From positions 1,248,001 to 1,312,000 of the forward strand of contig CAVUMN010000004.1 of the NCBI GenBank assembly GCA_963742735.1: a DNA stretch of 64,000 nucleotides, written 5' to 3'. Under the pieces are notes generated by a model. That model was given only the letters and a program-made list of their open reading frames with translations, had not been told where the DNA came from and did not search any database. Both the position numbers and the translations under genes were made by a program. The DNA comes from an uncultured Actinomycetes bacterium (GTDB lineage Bacteria > Actinomycetota > UBA4738 > JBBDTT01). This document shows, piece by piece, positions 9,625-18,001 of this stretch. Within the stretch, counting starts at the first letter, position 1. Each line of letters starts with the position of its first letter.

Positions 9625-10325
9625 TGGCCGAGCCACGGCTCCTCGATGGGATAGCGCCCGGCCGGGCGGAACCCGGCTTCGCGCACCGCGTCGGACAGGT
9701 CGTCGACCGTCCCCCAGTGAAGGCTCTCGAACGCGCCCGCGTCCTTGCCCTCGGCGCTGCCCCGCATCGCCTCGAGCAGGAGCAGCCCGCCCGGCTTGAG
9801 CACTCGCCGAACCTCCGCCAGCACGCGGCCGAGGTCGAGCGAGTGATCCAGGGAGTTCGAGAACACCGCGTCGACGGACCCGTCGGGGAACTGGAGCTCG
9901 TGGAAATCGCCCCGCAGGACGTAGCGATCGCCGTCGGCGGGGTTGAGGTCGATGCCGACCGCGAAACAGCCCACGTCGTGGAACGCCTTCACCTCGCTGC
10001 CGATCCGCGCCGCCAGGCACAGGGCCGAGGCACCCGGCCCCACGTCCGGATCCGCCGAGAGCCGCTCGCGCAAGGCGGTCCGGAACCGGAGGTCGTAGTC
10101 GGCCAGATCGCCCTTCAGTGCCACCTTCGCGCTCTGATGGCGCACGTAGTCGTCGTACGAGGGGTAGTCCCGGACCCGGAACGAGCCCTCCTCCCGCCAC
10201 GAACCGGGCGCCCCGAGGCTCTGCCGAAGCGCGGCTCGCTTGCGCCGGTCCCGCAGGGCCAGGACGCGGCGCGGGTCGCGCACGGTCTTCAGCACCTCTC
10301 TGGGGATCCGGGAGAAGACGCCCAT
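9570..10325 (-). CDS. SAM-dependent methyltransferase (Methyltransf_11-like, atypical motif I)
   Basis: LCLAARIG...VGIDL...GDFHELQFPDGSVDAVFSNSLDH...RVLKPGG. Start ATG 10325. Confidence 0.8.
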   Translation of the reverse strand: MGVFSRIPREVLKTVRDPRRVLALRDRRKRAALRQSLGAPGSWREEGSFRVRDYPSYDDYVRHQSAKVALKGDLADYDLRFRTALRERLSADPDVGPGASALCLAARIGSEVKAFHDVGCFAVGIDLNPADGDRYVLRGDFHELQFPDGSVDAVFSNSLDHSLDLGRVLAEVRRVLKPGGLLLLEAMRGSAEGKDAGAFESLHWGTVDDLSDAVREAGFRPAGRYPIEEPWLGHHLRFRSSRRARVPRPSS

Positions 10326-10455
10326 GCTGGCTCCGGGGGTCGGGGATCTGACCGGCGAGCGTACACCGCGGTGTTCTCGCGGCCGGTTCGTTGACCCGGC
10401 CCATCGACCGTGCCTACGCTTCCGTGCCCCTTCCCCGACCGATCGGCCCCGGCGA

Positions 10456-12630
10456 ATGAACGAACCACCCCGCGAGGGCAGCACCGTCTCCCCGCCCGTT
10501 CGTCGCGCCGTGCTGTCTCCGCGGGGCGGTGAGCTGCGGCTCGAGGCCGGCGTTCGCCCGCTGCTCGGGGACGGCGAGGTCCTGATCGCGACGGCGTTCT
10601 CGGTGGTCAGCGCGGGGACCGAGCGGGCCAAGCTGGAGCTCGCGGGCAAGGGCCTGCTCGGCAAGGCACGTTCGCGGCCCGAGCTGGTGCGCGAGGTCCT
10701 GGACAAGGCCCGGCGCGAGGGGGTCGGCGCCACCCTTCGCGCGGTCCGCCGCCGGCTCGGCGAGGCGGTGCCGCTCGGGTACTCGAGCGCCGGCACGGTG
10801 ATCGCGGTGGGCGCGCGCGTGGACGACGTGGCCCCGGGCGACCGGGTGGCGGCGGGCGGCGGCGGCTATGCGCTGCACGCCGACATCGTGGCGGTGCCCA
10901 AGAACCTGACGGCGCGCGTCCCCGAGGGCGTGGAGCTCGACGCGGCCGCGTTCGCCACGCTCGGCGCCGTCGCCATGCACGGGTTCCGCCTCTCCGGGGC
11001 CGCCGTGGGCGAGACCGTCGCCGTCGTGGGGCTGGGCCTGGTGGGACTCCTCGCCGGATCCGTCGCCCGGGCGGCGGGGTGCACGGTGGTCGGCGTCGAC
11101 GTCCGCCCCGTGGCCCTCGAGCGGGCGCGGGCCGCAGGACTCCATGCCGCGGCGCTGCCCGATGACGCCGAGGCGGCCGTCACCGCGGCGAGCGCCGGCC
11201 GGGGCGCCGACACGATCCTGATCTGCGCGGCGTCGTCCGACAACGCTCCGGTGGTCCTGGCCGGGCGGCTGGCCCGGGACCGGGCCCGCGTGGTGGTGGT
11301 CGGCGACGTCCCCGTGGTGGCCCCCCGCGACACCTACTTCGCCAAGGAGCTCGAGCTCGTCGTCTCTCGCTCCTACGGCCCGGGCCGGTACGACCCGCGG
11401 TACGAGGAGGGCGGCCACGACTACCCGGCGGGCTACGTCCGGTGGACCGAGCGCCGGAACCTCGAAGCGTTCCTCGGCCTGGTGGCCGAGGGCCGGATCG
11501 ATCCGCTGTCGCTGGTGACCGACCGGTTCCCCTTCGAGCGGGCGCCCGAGGCCTACGCGGCCCTGGGCTCGACGGCGGGGGCCGTGGTGCTGCTCGAGTA
11601 CCCGGGGCTGGTGACGGCCCCGCCGGCCGTGGAGCGGAGCCGTCCCCCGACCACCGCCACCAGACGCTCGGGGCGTCCCCGCGTGGGCGTCATCGGCACG
11701 GGGAGCTTCGCCGAGCGGATCCTCATCCCCGCGATCGATGCCGCCGGCGCCGAGTTGGCTTCGGTGGCCTCCGTCCAGGGCCGCCCGTCGGCGGCCGGCG
11801 GGGCGTCGCTCGAGGCGTCGCTCGAGGCGTCGCCGGAGTCGCTCATTGCCTCCGGGCTCGACGCGGTGTTCGTGGCGACGCGGCACGACTCGCACGCCCG
11901 GCTGGCCGCGGCGGCGCTCCGCGCCGGGGTCCCGGTCTTCGTCGAGAAGCCGCTGGCGCTCAGTCACGACGAGCTTCAGGAGGTCGTCGACGCGTGGACC
12001 GCCGCCGGTGTCCCCGCGATGGTGGGATTCAATCGGCGCTACGCGACGGCCGCGGCCGAGGTTCGAGCCGGACTGGCCGGCCGATCCGGCCCGGCGGTCC
12101 TGTCGATCCGCGTGAACGCGGGCGCGCTGCCGGCCGATCACTGGACGCTGGACCTCGACGCGGGAGGGGGCCGGATCCTCGGGGAGGTCTGCCACTTCGT
12201 CGACCTCGCCGTGGACCTGCTGGGCGCGGACCCGGTCGAGGTGTCCGCGGCCGGCGTGCGCTCCGGCGCCGCGCCGCAGGCGGCCGAGGACCTCGTCGCC
12301 ACCCTGCGCTTCGCCGACGGCTCCATCGCCACCGTCGCGTACACGGCGCTCGGCGACCCCGGCCTCGGGAAGGAGCGGATCGAGGCCTTCGCCGGCGGTG
12401 AGGCCTGGGTCGTGGAGGACTGGCGATCGCTCACGCACGCGACCGGAGGACGCGCGTCGACGAAGCGCGCCGATGGGGACAAGGGCCACGCCGCCGAGGT
12501 CGCCGCGTTCCTCGGCGCGGTCCGCGAGGGTGGCGGCCTCGAGGACGCGTTCGGCCGGGCCGTCGCCAGCACCCGGGCCACCCTCGCCGTCGTCGAGTCG
12601 CTGGCCCTCGGCGCGCCCGTGGAGCTCTAG
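10456..12630 (+). CDS. Bi-domain oxidoreductase (MDR/zinc-ADH-like + Gfo/Idh/MocA) of polysaccharide loci
   Basis: SAGTE, PLGYSSAG, GLGLVG and SRSYGPGRYD...YVRWTERRN in the N-domain. IGTGSF, FVEKP, GFNRR and GEVCHFVD in the C-domain. Confidence 0.88.
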   Translation: MNEPPREGSTVSPPVRRAVLSPRGGELRLEAGVRPLLGDGEVLIATAFSVVSAGTERAKLELAGKGLLGKARSRPELVREVLDKARREGVGATLRAVRRRLGEAVPLGYSSAGTVIAVGARVDDVAPGDRVAAGGGGYALHADIVAVPKNLTARVPEGVELDAAAFATLGAVAMHGFRLSGAAVGETVAVVGLGLVGLLAGSVARAAGCTVVGVDVRPVALERARAAGLHAAALPDDAEAAVTAASAGRGADTILICAASSDNAPVVLAGRLARDRARVVVVGDVPVVAPRDTYFAKELELVVSRSYGPGRYDPRYEEGGHDYPAGYVRWTERRNLEAFLGLVAEGRIDPLSLVTDRFPFERAPEAYAALGSTAGAVVLLEYPGLVTAPPAVERSRPPTTATRRSGRPRVGVIGTGSFAERILIPAIDAAGAELASVASVQGRPSAAGGASLEASLEASPESLIASGLDAVFVATRHDSHARLAAAALRAGVPVFVEKPLALSHDELQEVVDAWTAAGVPAMVGFNRRYATAAAEVRAGLAGRSGPAVLSIRVNAGALPADHWTLDLDAGGGRILGEVCHFVDLAVDLLGADPVEVSAAGVRSGAAPQAAEDLVATLRFADGSIATVAYTALGDPGLGKERIEAFAGGEAWVVEDWRSLTHATGGRASTKRADGDKGHAAEVAAFLGAVREGGGLEDAFGRAVASTRATLAVVESLALGAPVEL

Positions 12631-13563
12631 GTGCGCGCGCTCGTCACCGGCGGCGCCGGGTTCATCGGCTCCCACCTCGCCCTGGAGCTTCTCGGCCGCG
12701 GCCACGAGGTGGTCGCCGTCGACGCCGTGACCGCCTCCTACGACCCGTCCCTGAAGCGGGCCCGCGCCGGCGCGGTCGCCGAGGCCGGCGCGACCTTCCA
12801 CGAGGGAGACCTGCGGACCGCCGATCTCGCCCCGCTGTTGGCAGGGGTCGATGTGGTGTTCCACCTGGCCGGACAGCCGGGGGTCCGGGACTCGTGGGGC
12901 CCGGGGTTCACCGCCTACGTCGAGCACAACGTCGCGGCGACCCAGCGGCTCCTGGACGCGGCCGCCGGCGCCGGGCTGCGCCGGTTCGTGTTCGCGTCCT
13001 CGTCCTCGGTGTACGGCGAGGCGCTTCGCCAGCCGACTCCCGAGGACGCGACCCTGGCTCCGGTCTCGCCGTACGGCGTCACGAAGGCCGCCGCGGAGAT
13101 GCTGGTCGCCGCGTACGCGGGGAGCTTCGGTCTGCCGTCGGTGACCCTTCGCTACTTCACGGTGTACGGCCCGGGCCAGCGGCCGGACATGGCCTTCCAC
13201 CGGTTCATCCGGGCCATCCTGGACGGACGGCCGCTGGAGGTTTTCGGCGACGGTGAGCAATCCCGCGACGTCACCTTCGTGGCCGACGCGGTGGAGGCGA
13301 CGATCGCCGCGGCGGAGGCGGACGGCGTCGAGGGCCGCACGATCAACGTCGGCGGGGGCTCGGTGCTCACCCTCAACGAGTGCCTTCGAACGCTGTCCCG
13401 GGTCGCCGGGCGGGAGGTGGAGATCATCTACACCGAGCCGCAGCCCGGCGACGCCCGGCACACCTCGGCGGACCTGCGTCAGGCCAAGGAGCTCCTCGCC
13501 TACGCGCCCGGGGTCGCCCTGGAGGAGGGCCTCCGCGCGCAGTGGGAGTGGCTCGCCGGCTAG
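12631..13563 (+). CDS. NAD-dependent epimerase/dehydratase (UDP-glucuronate 4-epimerase-like)
   Basis: TGGAGFIGSH, HLAGQPGVR, SSSSVYG, YGVTK (YxxxK), RYFTVYGPGQRPDMA. Confidence 0.9.
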   Translation: MRALVTGGAGFIGSHLALELLGRGHEVVAVDAVTASYDPSLKRARAGAVAEAGATFHEGDLRTADLAPLLAGVDVVFHLAGQPGVRDSWGPGFTAYVEHNVAATQRLLDAAAGAGLRRFVFASSSSVYGEALRQPTPEDATLAPVSPYGVTKAAAEMLVAAYAGSFGLPSVTLRYFTVYGPGQRPDMAFHRFIRAILDGRPLEVFGDGEQSRDVTFVADAVEATIAAAEADGVEGRTINVGGGSVLTLNECLRTLSRVAGREVEIIYTEPQPGDARHTSADLRQAKELLAYAPGVALEEGLRAQWEWLAG

Positions 13564-13580
13564 CGGCGGGGCGAGGCGCC

Positions 13581-14591
13581 GTGAAGCTCTGGGTGGACAT
13601 CGCCAACTCCCCCCACGCCACCCTGTTCCGGCCGCTGCTGGCCGAGCTCGCCGCCCGCGGCCACGAGGCCGTGGTCACCACCTGGGACCGGGCCCAGACG
13701 GAGCAGCTGGCCCGGGAGTTCTGGCCCGACGCCATCGCCGTGGGGGCGGGGGCCGAGGCCGGGATCGTGGCGAAGGGCCTCCGGATCCGCCGGCGGGCCC
13801 GGGCCCTGGCGGAGGCCGTGGGCCCGCACCGTCCGGACCTCGCCCTGGGCCACAACTCCTACGCGCAGCTCCTGGCGGCGCGCAGGCTGCGGCTGCGGGC
13901 GGTGACGATGATGGATTACGAGTACCAGCCGGCGAACCATCTGGCGTTCCGCCTGGCCGCCCGGGTGTTGCTCCCGGAGGCGTACCCGGAGGCCTCGGCC
14001 CGGCGTCAGGGCGCCGCCGGCAAGGTCCTGCGCTACCCGGGGTTCAAGGAGGAGGTCACGTTCGCGGACTTCGTCCCGGACCCGTCGTTCCGCGCCTCGG
14101 TGGGGGTGGGGGAGGATGACGTGCTGGTGGTCCTGCGGCCGCCGCCGGAGGGGGCGCTCTATCACCGGGGCGGCAACGCGCTGTTCGACCGGGCGGTCGA
14201 GCGGGTCGCCGCGTCCGGAGCGACCGGGTTGCTCTCCCCGAGGGACCGGGAGCAGGGCCGGCGCTTCGAGGCGTTCGGGGGGAACGTACGGGTCTTGGAG
14301 CGTGCGGTGGACGGTGCTAACCTGCTGTTCCACTCCGACCTCGTGGTCGGGGCGGGCGGGACCATGACCCGCGAGGCCTGCATCCTCAAGACGCCCAGCT
14401 ACACCTTGTTCGCGGGCCGGCTCGCCGCCGTGGACCGGGCCCTGATCGACGCTGGGAGGCTGATCAGGATCACGTCCCCCGATGACCTCGAGAGCATCCT
14501 CATCGCGCGCAAGCCCTCGCGGGCGTGGCGTCCGAGCCGCGACCGCGTGGAACAGGTCGCGACGCTGATCGAGCGGGCCGCCGCGGGATGA
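13581..14591 (+). CDS. DUF354 domain protein (GT-B-like fold)
   Basis: VKLWVDIANSPH...DYEYQ...YPGFKEE...GAGGTMTREA pattern. GTG start 13581. Confidence 0.75.
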   Translation: MKLWVDIANSPHATLFRPLLAELAARGHEAVVTTWDRAQTEQLAREFWPDAIAVGAGAEAGIVAKGLRIRRRARALAEAVGPHRPDLALGHNSYAQLLAARRLRLRAVTMMDYEYQPANHLAFRLAARVLLPEAYPEASARRQGAAGKVLRYPGFKEEVTFADFVPDPSFRASVGVGEDDVLVVLRPPPEGALYHRGGNALFDRAVERVAASGATGLLSPRDREQGRRFEAFGGNVRVLERAVDGANLLFHSDLVVGAGGTMTREACILKTPSYTLFAGRLAAVDRALIDAGRLIRITSPDDLESILIARKPSRAWRPSRDRVEQVATLIERAAAG

Positions 14592-16093
14592 GCGCCGTCA
14601 CGCGGATCGCGTCCCCCGCCGATCAGCGCCTTCGGCGGCGCACCCCCCATCGGGTGAAGCTCACCTCGTTCGTGCTCGTCGGGGCGGGGCTGGCGGGCCT
14701 GATCGGGGCCGTCTCCCTCGTCGCCGCGTACATGATCCGCGGGGGCGATCCCTTCTGCGCCGAGGGCTGGCACCTGTGCAGCCGGTCACGCCCCTACATG
14801 CAGCTCGTTCCGTTCGCGGGCCTCATCCGGGCCGGGCTGTTCGTCCGCCGGCGGCCGTGGCGGCAGCGGCGTCCCCGCGGCTACTTCGACGAGGTGGCCG
14901 AGGGCTTCGCCGACGCGGCCCTCGGCTCCGTCGTCCTGGTGCTCATCACCTTCTTCTTCCGGTCCGGCTTCCGGTTCAGTGGCTTCTCCTACTCCCGTCT
15001 GCTGTTCGTGTTCGACTGGGCGATCGCCACGGCCGTGCTGGTGCTGCTGGCCGTGGTCGTGAAGGCGAGCCTCGGCTGGCTGCGGCGGCGAGGGCACAAC
15101 GCGTGGAGCCTGGTGATCGTGGGCCACGGCTCCGGCGGGGAGTCGGTGGAGCGCCACATCCTGGAGCACCCCGAGATGGGCTACACGATCGCCGCGAAGC
15201 TCCGGGGGGAGGACGACCGGGACGAGCGGTCGCTGCGCGACCGGCTCACGGAGGTGGCCCGAAACCAGAGGGTGGACGAGGTCGTCCTGGCGGTCCCCCG
15301 CATCGATCGCACGGAGCTGTCCCAGATCGTCAGCGTGGCCGAGCTCGGCCACCTCCAGGTGAGCACCGTGCCGGAGCTGTTCGGCCTGCCACCCACCAAG
15401 ACCTCGCTCGAGGCCCGGGGCCACCTGCCGGTCCTCTCGCTCCTGCGCGAGCCGCTCCCCGGGGCCCGGCGGATCGTGAAGCGGGTGGTCGACGTGGTGG
15501 GCGGGGCGGCGGCCCTGGCGCTGCTCTCGCCGGTCCTGCTCGTCTGCGCGTTCCTGGTCCGCGTGACCTCCCGCGGACCGGTGCTCCTGCGCCAGGAGCG
15601 GGTGGGCATGGACGGACGCCCCTTCGGCATCCTCAAGTTCCGCTCCATGCGCGACGCGGCCGACACCGCTCCCCACGAGGCCTTCGTGGCGTCGCACATC
15701 CGGCCCGCGGAGTCTGGCGGGGAGACCGGAACGAGCGGGGCTCTCTTCAAGCTGGAGGGAGACCAGCGGGTCACCGCGGTCGGGCGGTTCCTGCGCCGCT
15801 TCTCCCTGGACGAGCTGCCGCAGCTCATCAACGTGATCCGCGGCGAGATGTCGCTGGTGGGCCCGCGTCCGGCCCTGCCGTTCGAGGTGGCGCTCTACGA
15901 GGAGTGGCATCGCCGACGCCTCGAGGTGCGCCCCGGCATGACCGGCCTGTGGCAGGTCGGCGGCCGGGCCAAGCTGTCGTTCGACGCGATGGTCCGGCTC
16001 GACATCCAGTACATCGAGGAGTGGAGCCTGCTGCGCGACTTCCTGGTCCTGATGCGCACCGTCCCCGCGGTGTTCCGCAAGGAGACCGGCTGA
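14588..16093 (+). CDS. Priming (polyprenyl-phosphate) sugar transferase, WcaJ/WbaP/CpsE family
   Basis: N-terminal TMs and a CoA-binding-like region, then KRVVD, KFRSM, SLDELPQLINV, GEMSLVGPRP, PGMTGLWQV, LDIQY. Confidence 0.92.
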   Translation: MSAVTRIASPADQRLRRRTPHRVKLTSFVLVGAGLAGLIGAVSLVAAYMIRGGDPFCAEGWHLCSRSRPYMQLVPFAGLIRAGLFVRRRPWRQRRPRGYFDEVAEGFADAALGSVVLVLITFFFRSGFRFSGFSYSRLLFVFDWAIATAVLVLLAVVVKASLGWLRRRGHNAWSLVIVGHGSGGESVERHILEHPEMGYTIAAKLRGEDDRDERSLRDRLTEVARNQRVDEVVLAVPRIDRTELSQIVSVAELGHLQVSTVPELFGLPPTKTSLEARGHLPVLSLLREPLPGARRIVKRVVDVVGGAAALALLSPVLLVCAFLVRVTSRGPVLLRQERVGMDGRPFGILKFRSMRDAADTAPHEAFVASHIRPAESGGETGTSGALFKLEGDQRVTAVGRFLRRFSLDELPQLINVIRGEMSLVGPRPALPFEVALYEEWHRRRLEVRPGMTGLWQVGGRAKLSFDAMVRLDIQYIEEWSLLRDFLVLMRTVPAVFRKETG

Positions 16094-17172
16094 GCTCCGA
16101 GCCGCCCCGCCCGTTCGCGTGCGTGGTCGGCGCGCGCCCGAACCTGGTCAAGGCCGCCCCCCTGATCCACGCGCTGTCCGAGGCGGGGCTCCCGAGCTGG
16201 GTGGTGCACACCGGGCAGCACTACGACCACGAGATGAGCCGGGTGTTCTTCGACGAGCTCGACCTTCCGGAGCCCGACGCGTTCCTCGGGGTGGGCTCGG
16301 GCAGCCACGGCGTGCAGACCGCGAACGCCCTGGTGCGCATCGAGGAATGGCTGGTGGCGAACCCCGTCCGGGTGGTGCTCGCCATCGGCGACGTGAACAG
16401 CACCCTGGCGGCGGCCCTGGCCGCCGTGAAGCTCCACGTGCCGGTCGCCCACGTGGAGGCCGGCTACCGGAGCCGGGACATGCGCATGCCCGAGGAGGTC
16501 AACCGCCTGGTCACGGACCACATCTCGGCCCTCCTGCTCGCGCCGACCGAGGACGCCCGGGACAACCTCCTCCGCGAGGGCCTGCCCGCCGAGCGGGTCG
16601 AACTGGTCGGCAACCTCATGGCCGAGACGTTCCTGCGCCACCGCGCCGCGGCCGAGGCGGCTCGGCCCTGGGAGGGCCGGGGGCTCGACCGGGGCCGCTA
16701 CCTCGTCGTCACCATCCACCGACCGGAGAACGCCGACGACCCGGTGCGCCTGGAGCGGATCTGCACCGAGCTCGCCGGCCTGGACGTGCCCGTTGTGTGG
16801 CCGGTCCACCCCCGCACGCGCGAGCGGCTGGAGGCCGTTCCGGCCTCGGCGCGGCTCGGCTTGACCGGGCCCCTGCCCTACCTGGAGACGATCGGGCTGC
16901 TGGCGGGGGCCGCCGCCGTGGTGACCGACTCGGGCGGGGTCCAGGAGGAGGCGTGCCTGGCGGGGGTTCCCTGCGTCACGGTGCGCACCAGCACGGAGCG
17001 GCTGGCCACCGTCGAGGCCGGCGCCAACCGCCTGTGCGAGCCCGGGTCCCTGGCCGCGACGATCGCCGCCGCGCGCGCCGCCTCGGCGGACTGGACGCCG
17101 CCGGCGATGTGGGATCTGAAGGTCGGCGCCCGGACCGCGGAGGTCCTGCGAGGCTTCCTGGAGAACGCCTAG
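16090..17172 (+). CDS. wecB: Non-hydrolysing UDP-N-acetylhexosamine 2-epimerase (WecB/WbpI family), probable CTG start
   Basis: VVGARPN, HTGQHYD, GDVNST, HVEAG, PEEVNR, TDSGGVQEEA. In-frame CTG overlaps the upstream TGA (CTGA) after AAGGAG. Confidence 0.85.
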   Translation: MSSEPPRPFACVVGARPNLVKAAPLIHALSEAGLPSWVVHTGQHYDHEMSRVFFDELDLPEPDAFLGVGSGSHGVQTANALVRIEEWLVANPVRVVLAIGDVNSTLAAALAAVKLHVPVAHVEAGYRSRDMRMPEEVNRLVTDHISALLLAPTEDARDNLLREGLPAERVELVGNLMAETFLRHRAAAEAARPWEGRGLDRGRYLVVTIHRPENADDPVRLERICTELAGLDVPVVWPVHPRTRERLEAVPASARLGLTGPLPYLETIGLLAGAAAVVTDSGGVQEEACLAGVPCVTVRTSTERLATVEAGANRLCEPGSLAATIAAARAASADWTPPAMWDLKVGARTAEVLRGFLENA

Positions 17173-17894
17173 GTCGCTCGCGGGCGGGGCTGCTGGCGCC
17201 GCCGCATGCGCTCGAGCTCCTCCAGCCGCCTGCCGAGGAGCTTGACCTCCTCGCGAAGCACCGCCTGGCGGTCGCCCAGGCTGCGAACCTCGCGGGCGAC
17301 CAGCGCAAAGGCGCGCGCGGCCTCGAGGTTCGCCGAGTTGACGGTCTCGGCGATGCGTCCGACGGCCGCGTCGACCTCCTCGCGGAGCCCGGAGACCAGG
17401 GCCGGGACTGCGCCCATGCCGTTGCGGGTGGCGGCCAGCGCCTCGGTGGCGCGATCGCCGGACTGGCGGACCTCCTCCCGGAGCTCGCGGAGCGCGGCCG
17501 GGAGCGGGTCGATCACGCCGCTCCGCTCGCCGTCGCCGGCGCCGGAACGGGCCACCGACGCGGCCGTGTTCAGGGCGTCTGAGGCCAGATCGGCCGCCCG
17601 GCGGACCTCCGTGCGGAGCTCGCGAAGCGCCGCGGGAAGGGACTCGATGGCCCACAGCTGCGCGTCCGAGATGGTCTTGGGCGCGGACACGTCCTCACCG
17701 CCCCGGCGCCAGGCGCGCTCGGCCTCGGGGATCTCGCCCCCGAAGACCCGGCCCATGCCCTCGAGCCCGGGCGACCCCGGCGCGACGGGAGGCGGGTAGG
17801 CCTCGGGGAGGAGGAACGGCTCCTCCTCGCCGGGATACCTCTCCGGTTCCTCCGGATACAGGTCTCCCTCGTCGGAAGGGAAGGAGGTGCTCAT
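17169..17894 (-). CDS. Hypothetical protein, acidic N-terminus + repeated amphipathic/coiled-coil helices
   Basis: 241 aa ORF with a protein-like composition and a repeated LPAALRELR motif. No family recognised. Confidence 0.65.
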   Translation of the reverse strand: MSTSFPSDEGDLYPEEPERYPGEEEPFLLPEAYPPPVAPGSPGLEGMGRVFGGEIPEAERAWRRGGEDVSAPKTISDAQLWAIESLPAALRELRTEVRRAADLASDALNTAASVARSGAGDGERSGVIDPLPAALRELREEVRQSGDRATEALAATRNGMGAVPALVSGLREEVDAAVGRIAETVNSANLEAARAFALVAREVRSLGDRQAVLREEVKLLGRRLEELERMRRRQQPRPRAT

Positions 17895-18001
17895 CTCCTC
17901 GGCACGGTCGCAGATGGGAGCATCGACGTCAACCTCCGGACAGAGCTATGCTAGGACTGCGTCCCATAGTCCCAATCTGTATTGGCGGCCGAGGAGCCAC
18001 A

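Noticed and set aside
7000-10404. 1134-aa reverse-strand ORF (and similar 875-3424, 10414-13461)
   Set aside because: Arg/Gly/Pro-rich off-frame or antisense shadows of real genes; stop codons are scarce in high-GC DNA.
11803-11832. 12-nt tandem repeat (GCGTCGCTCGAG x2.5) in the bi-domain oxidoreductase
   Set aside because: In-frame micro-duplication (ASLE-ASLE-AS); no spacers, so not CRISPR, and not a frameshifting phase-variation tract.
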